NCBI GenBank assembly: GCA_973851085.1 | Contig: OZ316775.1 | Span: 14,632,001 to 14,696,000 of the forward strand | Length of the DNA: 64,000 bases | Direction: 5' to 3' | Source of the DNA: Ptychomitrium polyphyllum | Lineage: Eukaryota | Shown here: one piece after another, positions 36,993-51,900 of the stretch | Layout: the number at the start of each line of letters is the position of its first letter | Position numbering within the stretch: the first letter of the stretch is position 1 | Position numbers and translations under genes: made by a program | Notes under the pieces: model-generated | Databases searched by the model: none | What the model was told of the DNA's origin: nothing | What the model saw: only the letters and a program-made list of their open reading frames with translations

Positions 36993-39918
36993 ATGAAGCC
37001 AGGTGGGACTCAACGTCTGAGGATCAAGACAACATTTGTGGGTGTGCTATCAGAGCTTACAACCAAGTCTACTCAGAGCTCAAAACGCATTTCATTGTAT
37101 AGAAGTCTCATGCAATGGGGATTCTTCATTGCAGCTGTTGTTCTTGGCTTGCGAGCTACCCAAGAAGCCAGTCTCATCCGGGTTAATTTCAGCCGCATGG
37201 AGCAGGATTCCAAGCTAATTAGTCAGAGCTCTAACCGTACAGTTCATCACTATGAATACTGGAGTGATCTTAAGAATCAAAGTGCTCACGTTACTCCTGG
37301 GGCAAAAAAGAGCTCAAGGGTGTATGTAGGTCGACATCCAATTCTGATAAGGCCATGGCCACACCCAGATCCTATGGAGGTGGCTCATGCGTACAATATG
37401 ATTGCTAGAGTCCAGCTGGAGCAGCAGCGTCTGTATGGAATCCAAACTTGGAAGCCTATCATTGCAATCACTCCTACGTATGTGCGCACGTTTCAGAGTG
37501 TGCATTTAACAGGTATTGATCTAATATCTTGCAATTATCCTTCTCTTCGCTGAATTGGTTCCACTACTGCGGATAACTATAACAAGTTCAATCCAGTCAT
37601 GACAAATCAAGAAGTTTTCGAGTTAGTATTGGTTATAGGTACGAATTAGTTGATTTTTTCAAAGTTTCCGTAAAGTCTCTCACTTTGCTCCCTAGTATTG
37701 GTCTCTGTCTTGTGTTATCACTCATGTTAGGAATGAAACAGAAGTGAGCTAAAGTGGGTACGAAACTGAGCACCAATCTTCGTTAGACTTTATTATTATT
37801 CATTATTCTCAACCAAGAAGGCTGCTGCAAACTCTGATTTCAAATGTCATGTTGTGAGACTTATGATTGACTTACGAATTTTATGAATTGACAGGCTTGC
37901 TTCATATGCTGTCACTTGTACGTGGACCTGTAACTTGGATAGTCATAGAGGCAGAGGGCAAATCTGCGGAGACAGCCGCATTGTTAAAGCACGCACAGGT
38001 GAAAAATTTGGTACATTTAGGAGCTTCTGAACATTTTCCACAAAGTTTACAGGATCGAAGAATCCTGGAGTCTCACCTTCGAATTCAGGGTTTGAGGTGA
38101 GATTCAATGAATAACTCCTAATTTAAGTTCATCAGGTTACGTCTTCCGGAGTTTATGCTGTGAGCTTAATGCATGTTGCTCATGTCCTTTCTCAGCCCTA
38201 TCTAATGGGACAATTCAATTGAAATACACAGTACTGACAGTTTACAGCTTACGACAAACAAGGCTAGCTATAGAGAAATGAAAATTTTACTTGTTTGGCA
38301 ACATGAGCTCCAAGAATCTAATATTGTTTCCTTGCAACGTTAAATAACACAGTGCGCAGCAGATTCAGTATCCTACGTTTGAACCATATTTTTGATGGCA
38401 AGATTACAGTGGATTAGTGAGCTATTTCAGACCATCTTCTTGTTGTCATTTGTATTCTTGCAGATACGTGCGGGAGCAGAATCTGGAGGGTGTGGTCGTG
38501 TTTGCTGATGACAGCAATGTGTACAGTATGAAATTTTTTGATGTGGTTCAGAAGGTTCAATGGGTTGGCGCTCTTCCAGTTGGTATTCTTGGGCATGCTG
38601 GGTTTGAAGAGCCTGCTCTATCGAGGACTTTCGATTATCACCAACCGTCTGATTTGCCAGTTCAGGCACCTACTTGTGACTCTTCTGGGAACATAAAAGG
38701 TTGGCATGCATTTGAGTCACTATCTTTACATGAAGAATTAGTAAAGAGGGACAGGGATGAAGAAACGAAGTTGGAATGGGCAGGCTTCGTGTTGAATGCT
38801 CGGGCAGTCTGGGCAGCAGAACCGGACCGGCCGAAATGGATCAAAGATTGGATGGAGTGGGCTTATCCAGAGGACGATCAATATATTGAATTGAGATCTA
38901 TTCTTGCTGATGAATCCAATGTAGAGGCCCTTGGACCTTGTGGAAATGAAGAAGCTGTACTTGTTTGGTGGGCTCGAATGGAAGCTCGCTCAGACAGCAA
39001 ATATCCCTCACGGTGAGATTTCCCTCTTCCCTCGTTAATCTTCTATGCATTTTCATGTGGAATTTCAAGATGAGTTTATAGTTCAAATCATGCCAACAAC
39101 TAACATTTCGTGAAGGTAAATTTCTTTAAATACCTGAAGTTCTACAAAATTAAATTATTATCTTATACATGCTACTTTTTCTGGTGTTGTATGAGCTCTT
39201 ATTATTCTGAAGAAGCCGGTCTGAAGGGCATCAGTCCGATCACTTGTTTCTAACCTGCAGCGTCACTCTTGTGCAATTGGCAATGCACGTGTCAAAAATA
39301 TCCATTGTACACGGTTTGTGTCAAATTTACAGCAAGATCTTTCAGAAACACTGCGAGTAAGCAAATCACTGCTGTCGAAGTATTTGGGATTGTAAATCTG
39401 GGATTATGTAACCCGATAAATGACAAAAAGTTTATTTTCTATGGTTGACTTCAAAGACCGCCGTTTACGAGCAAAGAAATTTATACCAATAATTTACCGG
39501 ATAGAAGGATTTATGTAAGTTTACCTTTAGGTTTACTAGGGAGTGTTGATTACAATTGAAGCTCAAATGGTCCTGTCCGTACTGATTTCTGCCCTTCGCT
39601 TGAAATTTAACATGGATTGTATTCGGTACTGTTTAATTTTCCATCTAAAATTCATAAATGGCTGTGTTTGTCTGCAGGTGGGCATTGGAGTCGCCGCTTG
39701 AGATTGTTGTGCCTGCTAAAAGAACGCCATGGCCAGACCGAATATTTCCTCTTTTATCCCCACCACCTCCGGCGAGCCAAAGCACAAAGCGCAGAGGCGG
39801 AAACAGATCAGGTGGTCGGCAAAGTAGACGTCCCAAGCGAAGATCAGAACTCGTTAAAAGTAGACCCCTTGATAATCAAAGGGAGTCTACTATTGTAAGC
39901 AAAGGTATGCGAACCTGA
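36993..39918 (+). CDS. IRX14: Glycosyltransferase family 43, IRX14-like beta-1,4-xylosyltransferase, ~503 aa. Exons 36993-37512, 37895-38096, 38464-39012, 39678-39918
   Basis: N-terminal TM (WGFFIAAVVLGL), VGRHPILIRPWPHPDP, ITPTYVRTFQ, FADDSNVYS (DDS motif), EWAGFVLN, WWARMEARSDSKYP and LEIVVPAKRTPWP. Exons sum to 1512 nt in frame. Confidence 0.95.
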
Positions 39919-42900
39919 TTTTTTAACCGCTCCTTCCAGCCAATTGCGACGAAGAGGTTTTCTGTCTCTGTTGCCCTCATCTCTCTTCATGGTTTAGATT
40001 TAAGGGGACATACAACTGGAAATGGCACCACCCTGGACATCCACATGGCTCACTTTAAATCATTTCAATGCTCTCCATCAACCTTCAGGGTGGTGCCTTT
40101 TCAAGCATGTATGATAGCAGGTGCCTAGGGGTCCTTCAGAAGCTACACAGAAAAGGCATGTTGTCAAATGCAAGTTATCTTCGGAAAAGCCATTGTGCTT
40201 TTTCTCTTTGCTTCAAAAGTTATGCAAGAGACTTTGTAGTGCGTCCAGAATTTCTGATGTGTACATTAGGATGTCAGAATTGTGAAGTACTTGAAATGTC
40301 ATGAAAATAACTTACACTTTGGTTAAGAGCGAGTCATATAGATGCGACATGTACTGAAGTATCCGTATATGATCTACTATGAACCCTACTGTTACCATTT
40401 GACTACAATTACTGTGTTTGAAGAAACTGGATATCCTGGGTACAGTCTTTTAGTATACTTGTACAGGATGGCTTGTAATGGCATGCATGTTTGGTATTCT
40501 CGATGCCTTTATCTGCAGTACCTGCATGGGTAGGTAGAGTCCTTTCCAACGTCTTTGTATCCTCATGGTAATGCTAGTATAAATATGGTGCTGATAGTTA
40601 TACACTGAAGCATTCAATTAATTCGGCATATGGTAGGTGCACCCAAATGCGGTAGTGGAACATGCTCTCTAACAATTTTAAGAACACACACTTCGAACTG
40701 AGTACCATACGCAGATGGGATTGGTTTGAAGTACTTGTTGTTCTGGATGCACCTAACTAACCTTCACAAAGTGCATTCTGGGAAGCATAGTTTTAGGTAC
40801 GTGTGTTGCAAACTTGCTGCACTAAAATTCCTAGCCACAGCTGTCGCTGTTAAAGGTGATGGATTTGAGGAGATGGTCAGAAAGTTAGAGCTATTCATGA
40901 ACCTCCATACCCCCTTTCATATTGAGTTTTTTTTGAGGTTACCAGCAAAGGAGGATGTACTGTACCGGTATTCCTAGCTAAAATGTGCAAGTGTTGAACT
41001 CAAAGGCGACTTGGTACAGAGTTACCCTTGTCGACCTTTATTGGTTTGGCCATGTGAGCACCTTGTTTGCTAGTGATTCAGCTTTAGAGCATTGCAACTG
41101 CTTTCCAACATTCAACTTTTAAAACCCACTTTCTCAAAAGTACTAAATTTAGTAGACCATTCTCCCCAAGTTGGTCATGACGTTGAGATAAGCAACTGTA
41201 GAACCACCCAAAAGTGACTAGATTCAGAATCGCCCACATGTTGGATTGTGGAACATTTTAGAATTGAGTTTACCATCCAATATATGGGTACTTTTTATTT
41301 TTTGTCCTCTTTAGAATGGTCCTATCTAAAATTAGGTTAAAACTATATTTTAACAACTTTGTGATAGATAATTTAAATTTTGGCACAAAGGTCATTTCAA
41401 TGTCTTTTGAAAGAATTTGAATCTTTTTTACACATGACATTTAGATACTATTATCCATAATAAATCTTACTAAGTTTTCTTAAACCATAGAAACTAAGTA
41501 TCCCTAAAATTTTAATATTTTTTAATAAATTTCCTCAAATTTTTCATAATTAATTAATTAGCATATGGCAATTGTAACTTTGAGGAAGGATATGTGAAAT
41601 TTGACATTATTTTTTTATTAGCAAGAATAGTAGAAGAGTTGATTGTACTAAGTCCTCTAAAAAATTTCTATTATCAATTCAAAGATATGATTATTTGAGC
41701 TTCAAAATTCATCAAAAATATCTCAAAAGAAATCTCCACACCAAAATCACCTTTTATTAATGGAATCAAATATAGTGGATTCAAAAAAATTGTACATTAT
41801 TTAAAATATAAATTTAATGGATTTAAAGTATATATGCATTATATATTTTAGTGACTATATAATCCTTAAATCAATTATATGCTCAATAGATGAATATCTA
41901 GATTTTGCATTCTTTTCTTAAGAAAATTTGAAATTTTATCTCCTATTATGCAACTTAGTTTGTTGATTTGAGTTTGTAAAAATATATGTAGTATTCAATA
42001 GATTTGCCAAATACATTCATTTCTAAGAAGTAATATAAAACCACAAGATAACACACGGTGTAAATTTTCTTTACAATTTTTAACCTTTAAGTCTTATTTT
42101 ATGTATTTTTAATGCTTGATATGATTGGAAGTTTAAATTCATGTATGTGTAATTAAATGAAAAAGGTAAACGTATTAAAAATGAAATAAATTCATTTTTC
42201 ATAGAATAAATCACAAAATTAGATGTAAATTTGAAATCCATTTTTGCCTAACTTGGATAATTCTAAAATGTTTTTAACAAGAGCTTGTAACAAAAAAAAT
42301 TGCCATCTTGTTTTGAAATGAAACCTATAATCTACAACTTCGAATATTCAAAATCATATAATTATATTATTTAAATTCCATTCAAAAAAATTACATCATT
42401 TTCTAAATATTTTTATTGAATCATCTTTGGTTCAAAAAAAACAAATTATGACTTAATAGAGTTGGATGGATTTGAATTTTACCTTTCTTTCTACCTTTAA
42501 ATAAGCATTTCAAGTAATCTCCATATATCTTCTTTAGAACTCTAATATTATTGATCTTTCATCAGTTTATTAAGATCAAAAATTTATTGAAAAAATTAAA
42601 CTTGACAAGGATTAATATTAACTCTTGATTAAAAATAGGACCTTCAAAATGTATTAAATTTGGAGATAAAATAAAATAATAATTAATAAAGCTTATGTGA
42701 CTAGTTTTTTTAATTCTTGAACTTTTTAAAGGTCCAAATTGAAAAAGTACCTAAAATTAAATAAATTATAAAAGCTTATAAGACCTAATGCTTATTTATA
42801 TAAAAAATTTACTATTCTAAAATTCTCTTGATATAGAATAAATATAATTTTTTGAAGATTTTAACATATGGCATCTTTTTGTTGGTTTTGAATCCTCAAA

Positions 42901-45900
42901 AAAGAAAACACATTACTGAAATTGATTATTGTATTTGAAAATTATATTAATTCAAAACCATTATAATTAAAAAGGATCATTAATCCTAAATTCTATGGAT
43001 GTTTTAATTTTGAGGTTTCTTAATATGTTTATGGTTTTAAAAATAATTGCAAAGCATGAATTAATGTAGATGAGTATGTATGAATCCATAAAATTGAAAA
43101 GATTATAATGTGAATTAAATTCATTGCAAATTGCACATTATATAAAAAATAGTGAATGAGAATTTGATTAGGCTTTCGAGAAGTGTATAAATAATAGTTG
43201 AAATGACTTTTAAATTAATTATATTTAATTATCTTAAGGATTGGCTTCTAACAAATAAATAGATTGACAAGCAAATGGCCATCATAATTTTTTTGATAAA
43301 GGTTTCAATAAATTTATATAATAGTACTAAATTCAAATAAGTTCTTTATTTATTGAAAGATCTAAAATTGAAAGATTTAATGGATGAAGAATATATTTGA
43401 AAGATATGTTTAAAATTAAAAGATTCTTTGCTTATTGAAAAATCTAGCATTCAAGAAAAATCATTTAATTCTTTTCATTTTTAGTTAAATTAGAATTTAT
43501 AATAGATTGTAGACTATGTTCTTTTTTATTAAGAATTAATATTCAATTAATAGAATTATTTTTTTTCAATCACTTATAGAAATTGATGTGTAAAAGACAA
43601 GACATAATAAAATCAAAGTTGGAAATGGTTACTATTCTATCCATTTTTAAACAACTTTTAAATTTGTATAATAATTGATTTAATTTTAATTTTAAATTAA
43701 ATTATAATCTCATTAATTTAATTATATTTAAACTATAGTTATTGATATAAAGAAATCTTTAAAATAATGCATAAGTTTGCCGCCTGGCCATCATGTTTTA
43801 TTACAATGTAAAATTAAAAAATTAAAAATTGTCCATTGAATATAATATTAGATCCATATTTGTAGGATGAGATATGGATAAGGTATGAACAATAAATAAA
43901 AGATAATAAAATTGTTCTTGAAATCAATTAGCACCAAAGTAAATGATTACCTATTTTATAAAGAATAAACCATAGTAAAGGCTCAATTCTACCAAAATTT
44001 TAAAACTTATGGTAGAATTATAGAAAATTGGTGGTTTTTTTGGATGAAATAACTAGAAATTTGCACTAATGTAGGTTAATTGAAAGGATACTCTCCAATA
44101 AGAGCCCACCATACTAATACTTCAATTAATTAGATTCAATTGTATTGTGTTTTAATTCAATTCAAATCAAATGAGAATTAGCCACATTATTCTTCAAAAT
44201 TCCAAGTAGGGAAGTAAAAACAATGTAAAGAGCCTTTCTTCAAAAAAACTGCACATTCACATAATGTAATAAATGTATAGATTTCATTCATGAAATAAGA
44301 TTTACCACATGAATTAGGCTAATTTAAAAAGTAAAAAAGGTAAAGAATAAGTATTAATTTTAATATATAGTCAAATCAATTAAGTTAATTTGATAAATCA
44401 ACTTCCTTCAATAATTCAATTTATTCACCATATTCTATATTATATGCCCATTTGTCTAAAATCACAATCATTCTCATTTCCACTTAATATTTTAATTTAT
44501 TTTCCAATCTCTTTCCAACACTACGTGATATATGAGGCAATTTTTTTATGAGGATCCATCAGCCAACCAATATTTTATGGTTTTGATCTCACTTACTTTG
44601 ATAATTGATTTATGGATGGAACAAGGTTCTGAAGGCTAGTTTACAATTATTTTGAACAGCCCCTTAATTTTAATTTTTAGCATCTTCATGACAAAATTAA
44701 AAAGTTTAAATTTTTCATGGCACCTAACATCAATATCAACGACCAGTCCAACAAATGTTTAATTTATTGAACACTTTGTTTTGCACTGTGGACTTTCACA
44801 TTATCACTTTCAACGTTTGTACGGACTGTAATTTACATGGATCCCCATACAGTTTCTTATCTAAACAACTTGTAATCCACACAAATATCAAAATTATAAA
44901 GAATTTGTAAGAATTTGATATGAAGGGAAACAATGTGGATTTCCTGGTGGATGTTAAAGTTTCAGTTGATTTCATATTACAGGAATCCATACTGAAGTTT
45001 ATCATACCTCCTGATGGATTTCATGTAAAAATCGCGCCGAAGTCCTATTTGATAACTTATTAACTTCTCCTGTATGAAAACCACTAAATTTTAAGCGCCC
45101 TGATGTATACATCACAAAGGCTTTCACAGAAAATGACAGTGTAAGGCTTGGTCAAAGATTTTGCATACAACTGGGGATATTGCTGGATTGACTGTGATAG
45201 TTGTATCTAAGTATAGAACCAGTTCCAGTTGCATACTGTAGTTCTGTGGTATCATGCAAATTTTCCATTAACTTGTGTGCACATGAGGCAGAAGTATCCA
45301 CTTGCTTATATCATATTTAATTAGACATTTAAAGCTGCAGTGCCCAAACCCACACTGTAGCCAGTTGAAGCAGACCCAATGCATGCCCAGAATCTGCCAC
45401 AAAGTTGGTGAAGTTTTCTAGCGAAGCCTTGAAAATCATTAGCAAAAGGGAGCATTTCAAATCACTTCAATGGCCAGTAGCCCTGCCTTGTTGTTGGAAG
45501 GTATCTTAATGGGTTGTAGTAGTACTTAACCTCTAAAGGGCTTGGACCTGTAAGCAGGCGAATAGACCTCGCTTATTATAGCAAACAACAAAATCTCACA
45601 TAAACCACAGAACATACTCATGAGGTGTGAATAAGCTCCCACAAATGTATATTGCAATGAAGATACGATTTTCTCAACCCTGCTCAAAACCTGTGTTTTG
45701 AAGTTGACATATGATGAAAAAAGTTTAGGCCGTGACAAATAATGAAGCCAATAAAAATCCTTCAACATGGTTATAAATCACTCGATTTTAGGAATTTTCA
45801 AAATATATAAATTGAATCGGAAACTAGGATTGGTAAGCTACTTGTTTTGGCCAAGCACGAATGCAAATAAAGTCATTCTAATAATCAAATTTTCATTTTA

Positions 45901-48900
45901 GCAATTATAAGAATTGATTTTTTGAATACACCACATAATAGTAATGGATCTTTCTTTAATGAGCCATCAAAGTTTATAAGCATAATGTTTTGATAAACTT
46001 TGGTGCACTTTTATAATTTCACCACCATTATCTATACAAAAAATGATGGAAAATATCCAAATGGAAGAAAATTATAAGTGGCCAAAGAACAAAATTAGCC
46101 ATATTTTGGTTCATAAGGTATTTAAGAATTAAAGCAGCTTCAAGCACCTCCAATGTTGTTGCTCCTTTACAGATGCACATTCCAAAACTTGCACAAATTA
46201 AGCATAAAAATATTTATATATTAACCCTCATGTCATGTAAATTGCCATCACAAACCGCAATATATCAAGTACCACCAAAAACCACATTAAGCATACAAAT
46301 GTCATGCATATTGCAATGCATGACCACCACACCATTACAAAATGATATTAAATCTCTACCACTACAAGTCAAGCTATCTTTTATGCCACAAAGGCGAATT
46401 GGAAAGTGCAAGTGTACAAGAAGAAATCATAATCTTTACTAAGTAATTACAATCACATATAAGCAAATTCTATTACACAATTTCCTTTATCAAAACATTG
46501 ACAAGGCTTGACTTGACAAGAATGCCAAACCACAAAGGTTCTTCTACTATAAATCCTTCCAAGATCTAAGTCAAACAAATGAGGATCAACTAAAGCATAA
46601 AAATCAACCATGATTATAAAACAAACATATTAAGACTAAATATATGAATAACACTTTTAAACTAATATAGGCCCCATTGGCCATGTTCTTTCAACATGGC
46701 GGGGCACCCAACACCATATCATATAACACTTAGAATTTTTCAATTTTTAAATGACACCTCATTTAGCAGCAAGGGAGGTTACAATCATAATGGTGCAAAG
46801 ACAATGTAGGAAAGTAACATTTCTAAAACACCTTATAAGAACATACTTTCAATTTAAATGTGTTAACATTTAAAATATGTTGCCTTGAGATCTTCAATTA
46901 AGCATTATAACCACATGTTTTCTACAAATCAAATAGAAAGAAAGAAAAGTACTTTGGTCCCATTTAAACTAAAGCACATGAAATATTCATTCATTCATCA
47001 TTATATACTTACATCCATAAGATCTAAACTTGTGATGAAAAACTACCCAAATCAATTATGTAATATATAATTTGAAATTCTTTAATCAAGCCTTCCCAAA
47101 AATATAATATAAGTTGTATCAACAAAATTCCTTAAACAATCAAAGCTCCAAGTGACCCGACATTTCTGTAGTTTACAAACAAGTATTATTTTAATTTTTT
47201 GCACTTCCAAGTAAAGGATAGGAAACTAAAAATAAAAATCTAACATGTTTTTCTTTCCTAATAAGGAGCATACATAACAATCAATTCCTGCTATTAAAGT
47301 AACAAAGGTTGTTTACATGGCAAATAATAATTTTCTTGCATAAACTACAAGAAGATCAGTAGAAGCAAAAGAAGAACACTGGTCAATAAACCGGCATGAA
47401 TGGAGTGTCCATTCCAATAGCTCTGCTCTAAGAATCTCAGATGCCTCCTACACATACTTTACCATTAATGCACTTTTTCAAGGTGAATCCTATGATTCTC
47501 ATCAAGTAAATGACATACTCTCGTCCAAAGATTTTAGGGTACTCATACTGAGGTTTCCACGCCGCACAGTAGGTGGATGGCCATGGCAGTTTCAGAGGGA
47601 ACAAATTAGCCAGCCTTTGGTCAACACCAAGTTGGTAGCAAGGAAAACATAATCACCTCAATAATCCAGATTCTGTTATTGTACTCAGGCTTGAAGCATG
47701 TAATGTGACTAAGTTCAAACTTTCTATGTGAAAGAGGCCATAAAGTGGGTTGAAAGCAAGGCATAGAGCTGTCTCAAGGTGCTCCAGTGCTGGTGAAGAT
47801 AAGTCTATGACAATCTCCCTTGTTCAATGTCTGTGTTTTCTCTCAATGACATTCTTTTGTGTGAGTGTTCCTTCTTCCTTAGTGATGCAGATGAAAAGAA
47901 GACAGCCTTGTGGTCACCTTATTGGTGGAAATGTGAGATGTAACAATTTCAAAGCATTTTATGATGATGTTTAACACAAGGCATTAGAAATGGATAATGC
48001 AACAAAAACTATCATAACATGTGCAATTGCTTTGATATTTTCTTGCAACCATACATATTGTGATTTTACTACTTTAAAATGAGGTCTATAAAGAGGCATC
48101 CAGCTAAATTGGGACTTAAAAGAACATCCTCAAATCAACTCAAACTATTTTTTTATTAATGATATTTTTCCTAAATCAAACGGATATTATTTCTCATAGT
48201 CAATAGTGTTTTAACTTTTCAAGAGCAACAACAATTTTTCTAATATATACTAAATTTTTATTTAAAAGATTGATTTGCACTCCATCCTTATGTTTTTTTC
48301 AAATCATGATTAATACATCATAATTTATTTTTTAAAATGATTTCAGGATACATAAATCAAATTTTAATAAGACATATTGCAAGATTTACATAGATTAAAT
48401 TTAATGGAAAGGGAGATACATTTAAAGGTGTTGCTAAAGGTAAATATCAAAAAGGCCTCATTAAAATTCCCAAGAATTTAGCTTGCAAGTCTTTTTGGAT
48501 GGATGGAAGAACCATCAATGTAGTAGTTCTTTTTAATTGGATATTTAAATGATATATGTTTATTATGGTTTGGTAATGGTAGATGTATTAGTTGTATAAG
48601 TAAGAGTTTGAGAGACAGGAGGTCATTTTAATTTTGTTTCTTGTTCTTGTTTTGTTTGTTATAATATTTTTTTTTAATCTTGATTATGCAATATATATTT
48701 AAAATTATTGTGCTTATATAATTTAAATCAATGAATATAAAATTTCTACTTAATTGATCAAAATTATTTGTAAATCTTGGTAGTAAATATAATTAACATA
48801 GATTGGTGATGGCTCCATTCTTGGCTTTTTGAATTCTTATACTTTTTGTTGGTTCTTTTAATCTAAGAGTATCTATTATAAAGTAGGCTATAGCATAGGT

Positions 48901-51900
48901 ATTTGAAAATTTTCATTATATAGAAAGAATCATTTGACACCATTTTGTATTCGGAATAATTATATTAGACATATTTTTTCAAGATGGAGATGAGTTTATC
49001 ACTTATCATGCCATATATATTGAAAAGCCTTGTCAAGCGAGCCATACACTTTTAAATTTATTAAAAGGTGAAAGGAAGTTGGTTAGTGTAGTACAATAAG
49101 TGATGGAGTAGAAAAATAGGAATGACTAAAATTGGATGTTCTTTGGAATGTGGTTTGGAATATTCTATTATAAAGTACATTGTAAGAGTTTCAAAAGACT
49201 ATTTGTTGGTATGTGATAGTTGTATCTTTGATATAATCATACTAGTTTAATTTTAAATGATAATATTAGATGTACAAGTATATATTATGAATGTAATTAT
49301 TATTGTATTGTTTCCAAAATCATTTGAACCTATTATTGCTTCCTTAATAAACCATTGTATAGTTGTATAGTAACATCTTGAATACATTTTAGAACTCTAC
49401 ATTTGACTTTTTGCAACATTGTTGTATTTTCTAATGGTTGGCAGTCAATAAGAGAAATATGATAGTTACCTGCAATACCTTATATAATGATTATTTTATC
49501 ATGTTGATCTTGTATTTATTATTAAGAAAAATTTTCTTATTATTTATATTAATATACAAGCTTAGTCCTAGTTGTATATATTTGAATTTTCCATTTTTAA
49601 AAAGGATATCATTGTATTCTAAAATAGATGTATGGTTTCAATAAGTGATGTGGATTCTTTGGATTTGATTATTTAAAGCTAATGAAGACATTGTGGAATT
49701 TATTTAGGCAACAAATCACTGTACATTTTGGAATGCTCTATTCTATATTTGACCATTAATTGTATCTATATAATTTGTTGAGTTAAATTTGTATTGATAT
49801 AATATATATAAAGCACTTCTCTTGTTACTTTAAAATAAATAAATTTTCATAGTATATTCTGAAGAAACTTTGTCCAAAAGAATGGCCGTTTTGATTGATG
49901 CAAACAGTTACAAAACATCACACTGAACCTAAGAAGCAAATACATCAGCCACAAGTTGAACACTCTAACACTTGGAAACATGAACATTGATTTTTGCAGA
50001 GCTTCCTTTATAAACCTCAATGATGTACTCCTCACACATTGCACACTTTTATTATTCATCTTCTCTTTCAATATGTGAGAAAGATGTGTTTGTTTTCTTT
50101 TAAAAATATGGAAGCAAGTGAAATTTCACTCTGACTGCAAACACTAGAACATAATTGCCACGAGCAATTAGGCATCTTGGTCAAAGAACACTTGAATTTT
50201 AACAAATCCGAAGAAAATATGCAGTTTGTCAAACCAAATTCAAAAGCTATGACTGGGTGAACATTCCACCCTCCGGTCGTACAGTGCACAGTGCTCCACT
50301 TCGTAATATCATTGTCATTTGAGCCAATCAGCTCCAAAAACATTCATCATTGATCAAATTTCCGCAAAATCTGTTATTTCTTTTGACGTGATCTTTCAGT
50401 TGCAGCCCATGCCAGACTACCCTCAAGAAGATTCTCCCAAACCAGTCAGCGTCCACCCTTCACTACTGATTGCCTTTGCACCCCTGGCAAGCCAAAACTT
50501 CCAAATTGCTGTTCTATAAATAATGGCTTGTTCATTCATAAAGTGATGGCATGTAACTTTCTATTGCAGGATATCGGATAGTGAGTGAAAAACCAAGAAA
50601 TAATGGCTTGTTCACCTACAGTGAGTGAAAAAGCAAAAAAATCCGCCATGATCCCATAAGCCTCTGAAGATACAAGCACCCATTCCTACCATGTACCTAA
50701 TAACTACAGCCATAGGGTCACCTAGGTCTAGTGCAAATTACTGGAATTTCTGTTACACTTTATTAAAGTGGATTATCAGATTGCAACAAATGAAACTACG
50801 TGCACACTTCTCTGTCATGTTGCTTTATTCAAATACTTCTTAAATAGGAGCATCTAAAATCATCACTTTAAGCTTGTGGGCATACTCCTGAATCCCCATT
50901 TTTGGAGAAAACCAAAATTGGAAAGAGCTTGTGATTTGAATTTTTCACAAATTTATTGTGAATTTTTGAAACTGGAAAACGACATTTATAATCAATATCT
51001 ACAAGTTTTGAAGATTCATCAGTCTAGTGTGTACTTTACAATAAATTTTTTTTTGGTAGGTGTTAAAATTGGATACAAATTGGTGATAGGTCTTCATATC
51101 TTAATTGTTCAAAATGATGCTTGCATAGAACCTTGTGTGCAATTCTTGTAAATTTAAAATGCCCTGCCATGCTCATCAACCTTCACAGCTGATGGAATTA
51201 TTCTTCTGGAAGGTGTTCCTGTGTATAATTGAGGTTGTAGTCTTAAGAGTTGTCTCACTCCCTTCTGTTGCAGAAGACAGGAGAAGTAAAAACTTCCACT
51301 CCAATATGTAGGTATTTTTGGCAAAGTATGGTACGTAGGGAAATATGAGAAAATAAAAAAATATAGATGGTAAAATCCTACTCTTGTAAATCAGCTCTTG
51401 TAATGCCCTTTCAAGTGGACTCCTAAAAATATGTACCAAGATTGGCATGAGTATACTGCCTTTGAAATCCTGGCAATTTCCATTTAGTTTTTGAAATGTT
51501 CTTCATTGCCATGTAGTTTATGTCCTATTCTTGCATATAAGCTGCATGCAATTCCCACAAACAGAATCAAAAACTCCTCAGTGCTTTCATAAAAAAGGAT
51601 TTTCGAATTTTCAGAACATTTCTAAACATTAAAAACAGTTCCCTAACAAGCGGCTGAATTAATAAATTTCCACAAGATTCTCCCAAACACTTAGGATTTT
51701 CTCGCATTAGGGAATAACTCTATTGCCTTAGAAGCAAAAACCGTAGGTCAAGTACTGACTCCGTCCGATTCCAATTCTGTCAGAAACCAAACTACTGGGT
51801 CCTCACTTGCCCAAAAGGCCCTCCTTGGCTTACTGTTAGCACGGTCTCATCACATGATACTCATCAAGTATAGTAAGCGCGTGATTCAGGATGTAAAGCT

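Noticed and set aside
50519..50640. Short duplicated blocks (AATAATGGCTTGTTCA, AGTGAGTGAAAAA); similar micro-duplications at ~7641, ~22546 and ~60550
   Set aside because: Ordinary slippage or repair duplications with no further structure.
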